A DNA stretch of 64,000 nucleotides, taken from positions 42,058,810-42,122,809 of the forward strand of contig JAHRHZ010000009.1 in assembly GCA_024137785.1 (NCBI GenBank), read 5' to 3'. Source of the stretch: Ginglymostoma cirratum. Lineage: Eukaryota. The notes beneath the pieces were generated by a model. That model was not told the origin of the DNA, did not search any database, and saw only the letters and a program-made list of their open reading frames with translations. This document shows positions 1-12,732 of this stretch, one piece after another; position 1 is the stretch's first letter, and each line of letters starts with the position of its first letter. Position numbers and translations under genes: made by a program.

Positions 1-36
1 TTAAAAATGTGAGTACCACAAGTAATTAAAAATTGA

Positions 37-250
37 AATGGAATTTTGGCCTTTAACACAATGAGCGGAATATAAAATTAGGGCAGATTTTTTTTTCCAT
101 TGAACAGAACACTGGCATGAATACACAGTGAATATCGGGCACAGTTTCAGTTTCCTTACTTCAGGAAGGATAAGCATTTTTTGGAAGCAAGTCAGAGAAG
201 GCTTACTGCACTGATACCTGGACTGAAGAGGTCATCTTATGAGAAAATGG
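37..250 (+). mobile_element. CR1 LINE, decayed ORF2 C-terminal fragment (interrupted by SINEs; resumes about 1035)
   Basis: Decayed DNA matching the CR1 ORF2 C-terminus (LEYCxQFW.PYxRKD..LE.VQRR.T.LIPGL.G.SYEE), e.g. cagagaaggcttactgcactgatacctggactgaagagg. Confidence 0.75.
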
Positions 251-261
251 GACGGGAGACA

Positions 262-625
262 GAGCAGAGGTGATGTCCCAATGGTGTTGTCGATGGACTG
301 TTAATCCAGAGACCCCAGTAATGCCCTGGTGACCCAGGTTTGAATCCTACCATGGCAGACAGTGGAATTTGAATTCAACAAACATCTGAATTAGGAGTTT
401 AGTGATGACCGTGAATCCATTGTTGATTGTCAGTGGGCTAAATAAAGCGTCTGTTTGACTAGTATCCTTTAGGGAAAGAAGCTGTGATCATTACCTGGTC
501 TGGCCTACCTATGTCTCCAGACCCACAGCAATGTAGTTGACTCTTAACTGCCACAGAGCAATTTGAGATGGACAATAAATGTTGGCCTTGTCAGCGATTT
601 CCTCGTCCCCTGAATGAATAATAAA
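262..625 (+). mobile_element. Shark tRNA-derived SINE with a LINE-derived 3' tail
   Basis: Head with a B-box-like ggtttgaatcc; core tcctttagggaa...ttacctggtctggcctac...ctccagacccacagcaatg; tail caataaatgttggcc...tgaatgaataataaaa. Related pieces lie at 6270-6413 (-), 44146-44185 (+) and 50780-50985 (+). Confidence 0.8.
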
Positions 626-645
626 ACTATATTGAGAAGGTGTTT

Positions 646-996
646 GCATGATGGCTCAGTGGTTATCGCAGTTGTCTCACAGCGTCAGAGACCTGGGTTT
701 GATTCCACTCTCAGATGACTGTCTGTGTGGAATTTGCATGTTCTCCCTGTGTCTCCATGGGTTTCTGTCGGGTGCTCCGGTTTCCTCTCACAGTTAAAAG
801 ATGTGCAGGTTTGATAGATGGCCATGATAAATTACTCATAGTGTTCAGGGGTTTGTAGGTTGGGTTTGTTAGCCATGGGAAATTCAACATTTCAGGGATA
901 GTGTAGGGGGATGGATCTGGGTAGGATGTTTTTCAGAGGGTTGGTGTTGACTTGATGGACCAAATGGCCTGTGTCCACAGTGTACAGATTCTGTGG
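646..996 (+). mobile_element. HE1-type V-SINE
   Basis: tRNA head (tggctcagtggtt...gggtttgattcc), V-domain (tgtgtggaatttgcatgttctccctgtgtct...gggtgctccggtttcct) and CR1-like tail (atggcctgtgtccacagtgtacagattc). Confidence 0.9.
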
Positions 997-1034
997 AAGG
1001 TTCGGGCCACATGTGTTAGACTTTTGAAATTGAA

Positions 1035-1200
1035 AGATACTCTTATTGAAACTTATAAGGTTGTGAGGAAGCTTCATAGGGCAGGTAACTGGAGAATATT
1101 TCCTCTCATGGGATGTCTAGGACTAGAAGTCATAGCGTAAATAGAAGTCTCCCTTGTTTAAAATGGAAATGAGGAGATTGTTTTTGTTCTCAAAGTGAAA
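1035..1200 (+). mobile_element. CR1 ORF2 end, continuation of 37-250
   Basis: ORF 952-1140 contains LIETYKVVRKL..FPLMG..LEVI, matching the CR1 DLIETYKI..FPL.G..RTRGH region. Confidence 0.7.
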
Positions 1201-1223
1201 ACTTGTGGCAAACAGGCAGGAAA

Positions 1224-1598
1224 CATAGAAAATAGGAGTAGGCCATTCAGCCCTTCACTATTCAGTATGATCATTGCGATTGTCCAATTTAATATCTTGT
1301 TCTCGTTTTCTCTGCACACCCTTTGGTAACTCTAGCCCTTAAAAATTTTACCTAACTGCTTCCTTAAAACATTTCAATGTTTTGGCCTCATCCACTTTCT
1401 GTGGCAGAGAATTCCACATGCTCACCACTCTCACGTGAAGAAATTTCTTCTCATGTCAGTCCTGGATGGTCTACCCAGATCCTTAAACTGTGACCTTTGT
1501 TCTAGACTCCCTGGTCATTGGGAACATCTTTCCTGCATTTAGCCAGTCTAGTTCTATTAGAATTTATAGGTTTCCATGAGATCCCCCACATTCTTCTA
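1224..1598 (-). mobile_element. CR1 LINE 3' end
   Basis: Typical antisense CR1 3' signature: catagaaaataggagtaggccattcagccc...ggcagagaattccaca...gtgaagaaatttcttctcat. Confidence 0.85.
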
Positions 1599-3444
1599 AA
1601 GTGAAGACCATAATTAAATTAGCCATGATCTTAGTGGGAAAAATGGTTTGATGGATGAAAGGCCTACAACTAGCTGTTAAGGTTCTACAGGTTCTTACGG
1701 GATCTACACGCTGAATGGATCTAAAAGCTACCACCTAATATGGCCAGAGTGCAACTTTCCTTTAAAAGATGCTGGTTGTTGATAGACAGCATTAGAGATT
1801 CCCCACTCCTCACCTCACCAAACAAGCACTGCACAAATTAATAGTACAGATAATGAAAACTGTATGCTGTACCCTGCCCACTTGCACATAATCTTTCCTA
1901 AGTAGGTTTGAATTTCTAAGCCTATTGGGTCATAAAATTTGCAAGCTATACTTGTTGATTGTAAAGAATCCTCACAAGCTGGAATTGACAGGACCTGAGA
2001 GTAATTCTTCCTTTACCAATTAATAGCTTCAACTCATTTTAGTCGGAAGCATTTTCAAGCAGTTCAATCTCCACTCTTTTCACAAAATTGCTTTCTTTGA
2101 ACTATCTGATTTTCAAACATTTGTAGCATCAATTTGCACATTGCTGTTTCACTTCCATTATTTAATTTAAAATGTTGGATAATTGAATTTCGTTACCATA
2201 GCAAACTAATTTGAATTATCAAGAGTTAGTGTTACCATTCTTTACAGTGACTGCTTTTAGTCATTGATCAGTTATATATCCCAAGAAACTCTGTCCTATG
2301 TTCTTGAAGATTCTCCTTTGATTTTAGCTTAAGTCCCCCAGCACCTAAGGCTGCCATATACCACATAGGCTCTTACAATCATACGACCAAAATCCTTAGT
2401 ATAAACGTCGTAATCTATTCGTGCTGCTGTGAATCCAGCAAGGTAGTTTGTTTTAACACTTGACCTATTAGCTATTGTAATTAGTTCAGAAATCAAGGAG
2501 ACTGCTGAAGTCTGTTCTGTGAACACTACGAAGAAAAATGTCACTTCTGAAAGAAGAGCTAGCAGATCTTTGAGATGAATTGTGGCCAGCCATTGGAAAA
2601 GCTTTGTTTGCGTTTAGTGGTTGTCATTTAGATTAGGTTCAACCAGATGGATGGATGCCTTGAGACACTAGTCTGAGACAATTGGTGTGTTTCTATAATT
2701 TTTGTGTCTTATTGACAAAGCAACATACATTGAAGGTCAGATAAGAGATATGGAATGAAAGGTAAGGTATATCCACTTGGATAGTTAATTTTCCTATTGT
2801 ATCCAGATTTCCAATGCATGTAGTGAAAAGAATTTTTAGTCTCACACGATGATCCATCTGTTGCCATAATTGTAACTAATCTATTGGCAAGAATAGCTGG
2901 GCTAAGACAAGCTATTGGGACCAAATTGTTACACTAGTCATGCAAAATGATCAGTCACATTTAGTTACAGATGACATTTCACCAGTTTTCCTTTGACAGT
3001 TCTGTCTCAGGATAGCAAAGCTCTTCAAATTCATCTTCTTAAAAGCCTCATTGAATCCTTCATGTTTCTTCAACCTTTAAGTGGCAAAGCAATATAAGAG
3101 TGCATTTCCACTACTCCACCTCCAGCTCTATAACCAGCTGCAGAATTGAATAGCTGTGGTGATTTATCATTTCATGATGGATATAGTACAGCAATATTGG
3201 TTTTGCTTAGTTTGTTGCCAGTATTCACATTATAGGTTCATTTGAAAGAGTCCATCTTCTATTCTGTTGCTATTTTCTATTGAATGAAAGGCAATGACCC
3301 ATCAGCTACTGAATATTTTTGTACAGCAATGGACAGGGTGCATGAATTGTTTACGTTGGAAGTTTACTACATGCTGTACATTGTACACAATGGGACAATT
3401 TGACAACTTATTTCTGTATACTGAACAAGTGCTGCAAATTTGGA

Positions 3445-3690
3445 CGCTTTAAAGTAAGATGTTAAACCCTATCAGACTCAGGTGAAAGTAAAACAAAAAT
3501 CCACGTGGTGATTTGTAGAAGAGCAGAATTGGTTTTCTCTATGTCTTGGTCCATATTTATTCATGAACCTGTGTACAAATTTGCTGCTATGTTTCATATG
3601 TTATAACATTAATTGCACTTACAAAGTACTTCACTGACTGTGAAGTGGTTCTAGTCATCCGAGGTGGGATACAACTTTTGATCTTTCTTT
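3445..3690 (+). mobile_element. Deu-domain SINE (SacSINE1/AmnSINE-like), decayed
   Basis: gatgttaaacc...tcaggtg..gtaaaa...gaagagcag...tgtcttggtccatatttat, then an L2-like tail aaagtacttcactgactgtgaagtg...tctttcttt. Confidence 0.7.
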
Positions 3691-4029
3691 TGTTGTGTAA
3701 ACAAATCATTAAAGTAGATTACCTGCATGTTTCTCTCATTAGATTTGCTGCGCACACATTTTATCATTGAAGAGAGTATTTTCTTAACAGTACAGCATTG
3801 AGAATAAATCATCTAATAAGATCTTGCAATTAAAGAAATGAAAAAAAACATTCTTTGTGAAAGATACAGTCAATAAAATCTTCTTTCCTAGAATTGAAAC
3901 AAGTATCATAATATAAGCTGATATCCAGATGTTGCAACTTGATTTAATAAGGTTGGTAGCAAGTCATCCATGACCAGGATTACGTTATGCAATGAGAACA
4001 TTGCAGTCCGTTTCATCTGTTTCAATGAT

Positions 4030-4235
4030 GCTGATGTTTATCCCTCAACTAATATCATTAAAATAGTGTAGTTAATTATTTATTTCATTAAACTTTGCAG
4101 GAACTAACAAATTATCTATAGTATTTTATTACAGAATAACTACGTAACAAATCAACAACACACTTAATTTACTCTGAAGAGCTTTGGGACATCAAAAGGC
4201 TATAAAAATATGCCATATGAATGTTCTTATTTCTT
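4030..4235 (+). mobile_element. Deu-domain SINE 3' half
   Basis: gtttatccctcaactaatatcattaaaa and gagctttgggacatc...aaggctat match the DeuSINE 3' region. Confidence 0.55.
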
Positions 4236-4317
4236 CATTTCTATTCCAAATAAAGAAAAGCTATTGTACAATGATGTGACTTGGAAATAATCTATGAAAT
4301 TGGAAGTTGAAATGTGT

Positions 4318-6260
4318 TTTTCATTTCTTTTTGGGACAAGGGCATTGCTGGCGGGGTCAAGTATTTATTTCCAATCTCTTGTTGACCTTGAAAAGATTGT
4401 CTTGACCTCCCTTCCTTAGCTGCTACAGCCCAATTGGTGTGGTGGATTTGGGAATTTTGAGAATTCCAGGATTTTGACCCAGCAACACTGAAGAAATGGT
4501 GATATGTTTCTAAGTCAGGATAGTGAGTGGCTTGGGTGGGATCTTGGTGTTGGTAGCGATCCCATGTTTGCTACCTTTATCATTCTAGGTGGTAGTGGTT
4601 GTAGGTTTGAAAAGTGCTGTCTAGGGAGTTTTGGTGACTTTCTGCAGAGCATATTGTCAATGGAGCACACTGTGCTACTCAATGTTGGTGGTTAAAGGAG
4701 TAGATGCCAATCAAGAGGGCCACTTTGTCATGGTTGGTGTCAAGCTCTTGAGTGTTGTTGGAGCTGGATTCATCCTGGCAAGAGGAGAGTATTCCATCTC
4801 ACTTCGACTTGTGCTTTGTACATTGTAGTCACGCACTGGGGAGTCAGGAAATGAATTACTGGCAGCAAGATTCCTAGCCTCTGAATTGCTGTTGTAGATA
4901 TCATACTTATGTGGCTGCTCCAGTTCAGTTTCCAGTCGATGCTAACTACCTGGATGTTAGTAGTGGAGGATTCAATGATGGTAATGCCATTAAACATCAA
5001 GAGGTATTGATTAGATTCTCTCTTGTTGGACATGGTCATTGCCTGGCACTTGTGTGGCATGAATATTAATTGCCACTTGTCAGCTCAAACTTGAGTACTG
5101 TCCAGATCATGCTGTGTTTGAAATGTTTCTGAATGTTATGTCATCATTAGCAAATTTCCTAATTTTTGGCCTTATGATAAAGCAGCTAAAGATGGTTCAG
5201 GTGAGGATGCTGCTCTAAGGAACTCTTGCAGAGATGTCCTTCAGCTGAGATGACATACCTTTGACATCCACAGCCATCTTCCTTTGTTTCTAGTTTTTCT
5301 CAGTTCTTTTGATATCACACACAGTCAAATATAGCTTTGTTGCCAAGACCAATTAGTTTCGTCTCCCCTGTGCAATTTAGCTCCTTTATCTACGTTTGAA
5401 CCAGTGCTGTAATGAGCTCAGGAGTTGAATGGGCCTGATGGAACTAACTTAAACAGAGAATTAGTAAGCAGTTCGATACTGAACTCCTTACAATAGTACT
5501 GTTGATGAAACCCTCTATCACTTTACTGATGATTGAGAGTTGACTGACAGTCTGGTTATAGGCCAGTTAGGATTTGCCCTGCTTTTTTGTGCACAGAGGC
5601 ATAACTGGGCAATTTTCCACATTGCCAAGTAGATGCCAGTGTTGTAGTTGCATTGAAACAGCTAGGCTGGAGGTGTGGCAAGTTCTGGAGTCCATGCTCT
5701 CTGTACTATTAATGGAAAGTTTTTAATGCCTATTATCTTTGTGAATTTAGTGCCTGCAGCTGTTTCTTGATTAAAGTTTTGGCAAAGATCTGTAGCTTCG
5801 GTTGTGGGTGAGTGTGTTGACTTGTTGGCTGAGCTGGCTTGTCTTCGTTCAGACGATTCATCATCATGCAAGGTGATATCATCAGTGGAGCCAGCGATGA
5901 AGCCATGTTATTCTACTCCACTTGGAATTTACACTGTCCGGTCTGTTATGGTGAGTAGTGCCATAACGGACTGGACAGTATAAATTCCAAGCGGAGTAGA
6001 ATAACATCGCTTCATCAGGGGCTCCAGTGATGACATCATCTAGCATGATGACGAAACGTCTGAACGAGAACAAGCCAGATCAGCGAGTAATGTCAAAAAT
6101 TTTGCTGTTTCTTGATATCATACGGTGTGAATTGAATTCACTGAATATGCTCGGGATATCCAAAGGAGACTGAGATGGGCCATCCATTCAGTTTCTTTTT
6201 GGTTGAAGATTGCAGCAAATGTTTCAGCTCTGTCTTTCCTATTGATATGTTTTTGTGACC
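4318..6260 (-). mobile_element. CR1/L2-group LINE (distinct from the HER1-type CR1), RT 3' part, interrupted at 5772-6103
   Basis: ORF 4770-5060 reads PHKCQAMTMSNKRES...FNGITI...IDWKLNWSSHI...QRLGIL...YKAQV, an RT C-terminus. The 3' tail at about 4320-4390 resembles the SINE tail at about 560-625. Confidence 0.8.
5772..6103. mobile_element. Penelope-derived foldback (inverted pLTR pair) with 13-bp TSD
   Basis: Arms 5817-5951 and 5961-6096 are reverse complements around a 9-nt loop and are homologous to the PLE 3' end at 33720-33900. gctgtttcttgat flanks it at 5759-5771 and 6104-6116. Confidence 0.9.
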
Positions 6261-6269
6261 ATGAGTTGT

Positions 6270-6413
6270 TCATGTTCATCATTAGACTTATAATTCCAGA
6301 TTTTCTTGTTTTAATTCTGCTGTGGTTGGATTCGAACCCAAGTCCCCCAAATATTTCCTATGTCTCTGGATTACTCATAGTCCAGCAAAAATATCACATT
6401 TCCATGGCCTCCC
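6270..6413 (-). mobile_element. 5' half of the SINE family seen at 262-625
   Basis: catcattagact..taattccagatttt...ggattcgaaccc...tctctggatta...agtccag...catggcctccc is the reverse complement of that SINE head. Confidence 0.7.
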
Positions 6414-6744
6414 AAAAAGCACCTGGAATCCTAGGCCTTAACAATCACAGAGAGCCATGTAGACACATTCTTCTATATTCTTTTTGCATGTCTGTGTGTC
6501 CCTGAATCCTTATCACCAGGAAATTGCATAGTTTTATTTCTCCAACCTCTCTTTTTAATGTAGTGAACTAATAAATCTCAACTCTTCATCTCAAGAATTA
6601 TAAAAGCTCATTAAAAATGTATGGAAACAAATAGGCTCCAGATGCCTCTACACCAAATAGCCTCCTTGTAGATGATTGGACATATTAATGCCTCTATCTT
6701 TCTTGACCATACTCCAGACTCCCTTATTCCAAGTTGACAAGATT

Positions 6745-6922
6745 AGAGAGAAAGACAACTGGTGATGGCTTAATCTAAGGGTCACCATTCCTCAGGCTAG
6801 GAGAGAGGTTGAGAAGGCAGGAGCTTCATGTCACCTCAGCTGATGCAGGAATTAAACCTGTGTTGTTGGCATCGTTCTTTATCGCAAACCGGCTACCCGG
6901 CCAAATGAACTAACTGACCCCC
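6745..6922 (-). mobile_element. tRNA-derived SINE (third family)
   Basis: The minus strand begins gggggtcagttagttcatttggcc (A-box-like), has ggtttaattcc (B-box-like), then ccttctcaacctctctcc...gcctgagg..tggtgaccct. Confidence 0.7.
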
Positions 6923-7121
6923 TATTTTGAATACCAATATTCGTTGAATCAGTGGGTGATTGTTTCAAGTTTCTATGATGTGAATACAGTCAAGGCTTAC
7001 TTCACTTATTTACTGACGCTGAGCAAAAACTGCATTTTTCCAGATATGGTCCTTTGATTAAATTATACTTTGAAGCGTTACTTTCATTTTTGAGATCAAA
7101 AGCTGAAAAATCCGACAAATT

Positions 7122-7220
7122 CTAGCCAATATTTACTCCTCAATCAACACTATTAACAGCAAAATAACTGCTGTTATTATCTTATTTGTTTGATTAACAT
7201 TAATCTCATTGCTATTTGTA
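7122..7220 (+). mobile_element. Deu-domain SINE fragment
   Basis: ctagccaatatttactcctcaatcaacact...tctcattgctatttgt. Confidence 0.55.
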
Positions 7221-7509
7221 CTGTTATTGATATGCTGATAAGGGGTCTGTGATGTTTGAATAATCACACTTAATGATTAAAGAAATTAGAATTGTCTCTG
7301 GTTTAATTGTTGCAAGTTGCTTGTACAGAAGATGGTCCTGGTTTAGACTGTACCAGTCTAATAAAACTTATTACGTGTTGCAGTGAAATATTCCTGATCA
7401 AAGCCTTTATAGAAAACACATTAATTCATAGTTCTAATATTTATAGCTAAAACAATACGTATAACATTACAGAACAACAATGCCATTCCAAAACAGCCTT
7501 CAAGAAACA

Positions 7510-7608
7510 AAAAAATACAGAAATTGCAGGAGAAACTCAGCAGGTCTGACAACAACTGTGAAGAGACAACAGAGTTAAGGTTTTGAGTCCAGTAACTGTT
7601 CTTCAGGA
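7510..7608 (-). mobile_element. Penelope 3' end / pLTR fragment
   Basis: cagaaattgcaggagaaactcagcaggtctg...cagagttaaggttttgagtccagtaactgttcttcag; same family as about 32380-32470. Confidence 0.7.
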
Positions 7609-8705
7609 AATTGCCTTTGGCACTTTGTTGGTTTTATATTAGATAATGTGATAAGGAAAGATTTAGTATCCTTCAATATAATTAGCATCTGGTAGAAAAT
7701 GATAGAGACTTAATATAAATTAATGAAATTGTAATTTTTTAAAAAAATGAGCTGATGCTTTTGGGTTGGACCTTATATGAGATGATAGGAACTGACAACA
7801 CCATCTGTGTAATGGGTCTGTCTGAAGTTAATTTCATCTTGATATATGGTGAACAGTACTCTTTGCAAACAGGTAATTCTCTGCTGGCACAGCTGAAGCA
7901 TTCTGTGCATTTCAATCCCTGTTTGTCTGCTCAGGATTAGCATTATGAATAAAAGGTGGACCCCACTTGAGCACACAGCTACACTTTAAGGTAAAATTAA
8001 GCTGTAGTTCTCTCAGAACTAGGAAATAGTTCTGAACTGAAAACATTCTGCACTCCAGTATTGTCTTTTTTCCTTCTCTTTTTGAACTTCAACATATACT
8101 TACCAATCAATATGTTTGTTACCAGTTGTATTCAGATTAAATTACAGACTGTATGAATTAGTCATTCAAGATACAGCTATTTATTTAATGCTTTCAATGC
8201 AGAACTTGAAAATGAAAATGATAGATCAGTGGGATATCATAAATTATGCAGATCGATGAAGAAATGAAATCCATTTCAACAAAATATTATGATCTATAAT
8301 GTATTTTGCAATCAATACTGGTTTTTATTGGAATTGCTGGTAAAAATAACAATAGCCTTCTTATTTACATCTCCAAACTGACTTTACAGGCACCTTTGCA
8401 AGGCATTCTCAGCATTGTAACGATTTTCTTTTGCTCAAAAATAGCTTTCGCTGCACCTATTTATATTTCATTGGATTGTAATAGTGGAGCAACTATATTT
8501 AGAAGAATATTAGCAGATGCTCTTCAACAGAAATGTAAAGTCTTATTATGCTATCATTTTTATTTTTCAAGCTTTATTTGGTTTATCACTTATAGGTGAA
8601 TGTTAATCTATTTAAGTAAATTAACACTGTAAATAACATAAGCTTTCACCATTCATACGGAATTTGTTGCTTCTCATATTTTATAGAGCTATTTGTGGCC
8701 AATGC

Positions 8706-8724
8706 CACCACTAGGTGGAGCACC
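8706..8724 (+). promoter_or_regulatory. Candidate CTCF site
   Basis: CACCACTAGGTGGAGCACC resembles the CTCF core CCACTAGGTGGCGC. It lies in non-repeat AT-rich DNA. Motif match only. Confidence 0.3.
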
Positions 8725-8765
8725 ACATGGACATGCGTAAAATTGAAGTGGTGCTTTCAAACTAT

Positions 8766-9995
8766 GTCATACAGTCATAGAGTCGTATAGCACGGAAACA
8801 AGACACTTTGGTCTAACCAATCCATGCTGAACATAATCCCAAAATAAACTAGTCCCACCTGCCTGCTCCTGGCCCATGTCCCTCCAAATCTTTCCTATTC
8901 AAATACTTATCCAAATGTCTTTTAAATGTTGTAATTGAACCCACATCTACCGCTTCCTCAGGAAGTTCATTCTGCACATGAACCACCCTCTGTATAAAAA
9001 ATTTGCCCCTCATTTCTTTTTTTTAAATCTCTCTCCTCTCATCCTAAAAATGTACCCCCTAGACCTGAAATCCCCCTTCCTAGTGAAAAGCCCTATCTAT
9101 TCCCCTCATTATTTTATAAACTTCTGTGAGGTTGCCTCTCAACCTCCTTTGTTCCAGTGAAAAATGTCCCAGCCTGCTTAGCCTATCTTTATTACTTAAA
9201 CCTTCCATACCTGATACATCCTGGTAAATCTCTTCTGAACCCTCTTCAGCTTAATAATATCCTTCCTGGGCAACCAGAATGAGACACAGTACTCCGGAAG
9301 AGGCCTCACCAATATCCTGTGCAAACTCAACATGAAACCTCAACCCCTATACTCAAGGACTGAGCAAAGAAGGCACATGTGCTAAATGCCTTTTAAGCCA
9401 CCCTGCCTATATGTGACGTAAACTTCAAAGAATTATATACCTGAACCTCTTCCTGATCTACAACACTACACAAGGCCCTACTATTAACTGTAGTACTCCT
9501 ACCCCTGTTTGTTGAACCAAAATGCAATAACTCACATTAATCCAGACTGAACTCCATCTGCCATTTGTCAGCCCATTGACCCATTTGATCAAGACACCTT
9601 TGTAATCTTAGAAAGTCTTCTTCACTGTCTACTATGTCACCAATTTTAATGTCATCTGTAAACTTGCCAACTATGCCTTTTATATTCTCATCCAAATCAT
9701 TTTATACAAATGGCAAACAAAGGAGGACCCAGAACTGATCCCTGTGGATCACCTCTGGTGACAGGCGTCCAGTCTGAAAAATAACCTTCCACCACCATTC
9801 TGTCACCTATAGTAAAGCTATTTATGTGTCCATTTAGCAAACTCACCCTGAAATCCATGCGACCTAACTTTACTGATTGGTCTACTATGTAGAACCTTGC
9901 CAAAGACTTTACTAAAGTCCAAGTAAGCAACATCTACTGCTCTTCCCTCGCCAACCTTTTTAGTGACTTCCGCAAAAACGCAATCAATTTTGGAA
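8766..9995 (-). mobile_element. CR1 LINE 3' ~1.2 kb (RT), decayed
   Basis: Tail gtcatacagtcatagagtcg. ORF 9697-9933 has VVEGYFSDWTPVTRGDPQGSVLGPPLF, the CR1 RT motif. Confidence 0.9.
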
Positions 9996-11209
9996 AATAC
10001 ATCAGTTGGAACTGTGCAAGTGCAGTTAGATCATAGAGGCTATTTTTAATGACAATATCCTGTCTTCTTCATTGGGATCACACGGTCTAATTTTACAGTC
10101 AGTGAGTCAACCTGATTTAATTTGAAAAATATATATATTTCCTATTGCCTTCCAACATTCAATCTTTCTATCTCTGCAATCACTTGGATCATTACTCGTT
10201 TAACAGCAAATACTTGACTTGTATCTTTGAAATTTATGAAATCTCAAAAAAACTGTTATGAATCACTGAGTCAAGTGAATATTCTGCTGTTGACAGGCTC
10301 AATATATCGAAATCGATCTTGCTACCTGAGGAGAAGTACTTGTACACCTGAACTGCAAAATATCTGTAACGCTGGGGCCTACTTTTCTGAGGAAGATTGA
10401 ATTATATGTGCACATTAGGATTCCTAGATTAGCAGGGAAGAGTTAACACAAGTTTGGTACATTTCATGTGTGAAAAACACTAATTTTGATCATTAATTTA
10501 TTGTGAAACGTAAATGGTGAATTATTAGAGGTGCACAATGAATAACCAGGTTCTTTTACTTTTGCGATTGATCCATATTAAACAAATACAGCTATTGCCT
10601 AATAGTACTTGCTGATCTGTATTCATTAATATCTTTGGAAATAGAGCATTTAATGTATTTTTCATGGAAATGCAGCTCTTGAGTGTTGCTGAAAACAAAA
10701 CCCATTTTGATGAAGCTTCTCGCACTAAGTAGGGTAATACATAAGAATAGCAAAATTAGGGGCAATAACACTTTTTTTTACACACTGTATGAATAGAACA
10801 CACTGACTGATTGGCACATGGCAGAGGCAGTGCTGTGGAGAATACATCAGCTGGATGATTAATTATCAGACATTGTTAAATTTAAACTAAGCAGTTCGAT
10901 TCTGATTGATCAAGACATTGCCCAAAGGAATGAAACAGAGAATAGTCATTGCTTGCTTTGTTCAGGTGAAACAGACACATTATGTATATATGTTCTTTTG
11001 GTCTGCAAAGCTTAGAGTCCTTTGCATTAACATTTCTAATATTTAATGTATCTAATGTAAATATAGTTAATAATCCATTTTGAAATAAAGGCTATGGAGA
11101 CTATTTTAACCTAAATAAATCCAATGGGGTCAGTTTGGCTGTCCATCTTATTTGAGTATGATGCAAAATGTACGAGCAGATATAGCCCTATCTGCATTCT
11201 ATTATGAAA

Positions 11210-11940
11210 TCCCAGAAGTGTTACAATGCAGAAGGAGGCCATTTGGTCCATTGTTTCTTTGCAGGCTGTCCAAATGTGCAGTATCAGTTGATCATTACTC
11301 TCTATTTCCTGTTACTGAACCAATTTTAGATACACATCGCTCCTATTGCTTTTGATTCATGAGCTATAACTTTCTTCACAAATCTATTGTGAGGTACTAT
11401 ATTAAATGCCTTCTGGAAGTCCATGTGCACCATATCAACAGCATTACCTTAATTGATACTTCTATTTCAAAAATTCAAAAAGGTAGTTAGCCCCAATTTC
11501 CCCTTTGGAAATCTAAGCTGTCTCTTCTAACCAACCCAGCATTTTTCCATGTGGCCAACAATGTTATCCCAAATAATGCATCTAGAAGTTTTCCCACTAC
11601 TGAAGTTAAACAGACTGGTCTATAATTGCTGAGTTTATCCCTGCACCCTTTTTGAAGAAGGGTGCAATGTCAGCAATTCTCCAATTTTCTGGCCTCTCCC
11701 CTGAAGCTAAGAAAGACGGAGGATAATAGCCAGTACCCGAGCAATTTCCACTCTCATTTCCTTCAATATTTGTCAATGCATCACATCTAGCCAACTTTAA
11801 GTACTGTCCATCTATACAAAAATTCCTCCTTGTCAATTTTGAACCCTTCTAAGGGCAGGGTGTCCTCCTCCTTCACCATGGCCTGCATGACACTTACTTC
11901 CCTGGTAACGACAAATGCAAAGCATTCATTTAATGCCTCA
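11210..11940 (-). mobile_element. CR1 LINE fragments (3' end plus N-terminal RT region)
   Basis: ORF 11606-11836 has ASGERPENWRIADIAPFFKKG, the CR1 G.VPEDWR.ANV.P.FKKG motif. Confidence 0.8.
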
Positions 11941-12732
11941 GTCATTTCCTTCTGTTTCTACTTAATATGAATAGATGTGAACCTTTAGCTGGAGAAAAAG
12001 GGAATTTAATTGTAACAGTGAAACTAATGGAAAGTATTTTGTGGGATGACAGAAGAGTATTTTGGGAGTTCCTTACCTCATCCCAATAAACTCTAAAAAA
12101 CAAGTACTGTACTTGATTAAATTCTTCCAGTGGTTGACTAAACAGTGGATAAATATAGTCTGCTGGATGTTCCATAGATTTTACTTCCAAAATGTTCTGT
12201 CCAGAGAAATCTCATAGGATCCTAGAACAGTTCTAAACTGTACAAGTTAGTTAAATAAGGGATTTATACAGGGAAATATTATGGTTACGAATGCTAATTG
12301 GAGGCCCCTTGCGAATGCAGTTCCTTCACATTCTACACTGCATTTGTTACTGTTCATTGTTTTAATTAAAATTTACAATTATGTAATTTCTGGACAGACT
12401 AATTCCAAAATGAATTTTGACTGTGTACAGAACTTACGTTCAACAGATCATCTTTAAGAATGGGTGATAAATTAAAGAAAGTAAGAAATAGGGAAGGAAT
12501 CTTTACACTAATGAAGTATTAAGTATATGGAGATGATTATCATTACAGTCTGTGGGGAAAGAAACATTAATGGATCTCAAGAGGAACCGAGACAGGTTGT
12601 TGTCAACAAAAAGGATTCAATGGTCTTAGAAATGTATCAATTGAACACTATAAATAAGTGGACTAAGGTCTGTCTGAAAGTGCTAATAGCTAGCCAAGAG
12701 GTTGAAATGCAGCATCCTCATACTTGCTCTTA

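Noticed and set aside
646-720. tRNA-like A/B boxes here and in other SINE heads
   Set aside because: They are degenerate SINE heads joined to SINE bodies; I could not see an intact cloverleaf.
2329-2924. Two protein-looking minus-strand ORFs
   Set aside because: Short, with non-ATG starts, no recognisable family and no convincing splice sites.
10325-10351. 27-nt minus-strand micro-exon candidate (tattttgcag|...CAG|gtagc)
   Set aside because: Such splice-site pairs are frequent by chance, and no partner exons were identified.
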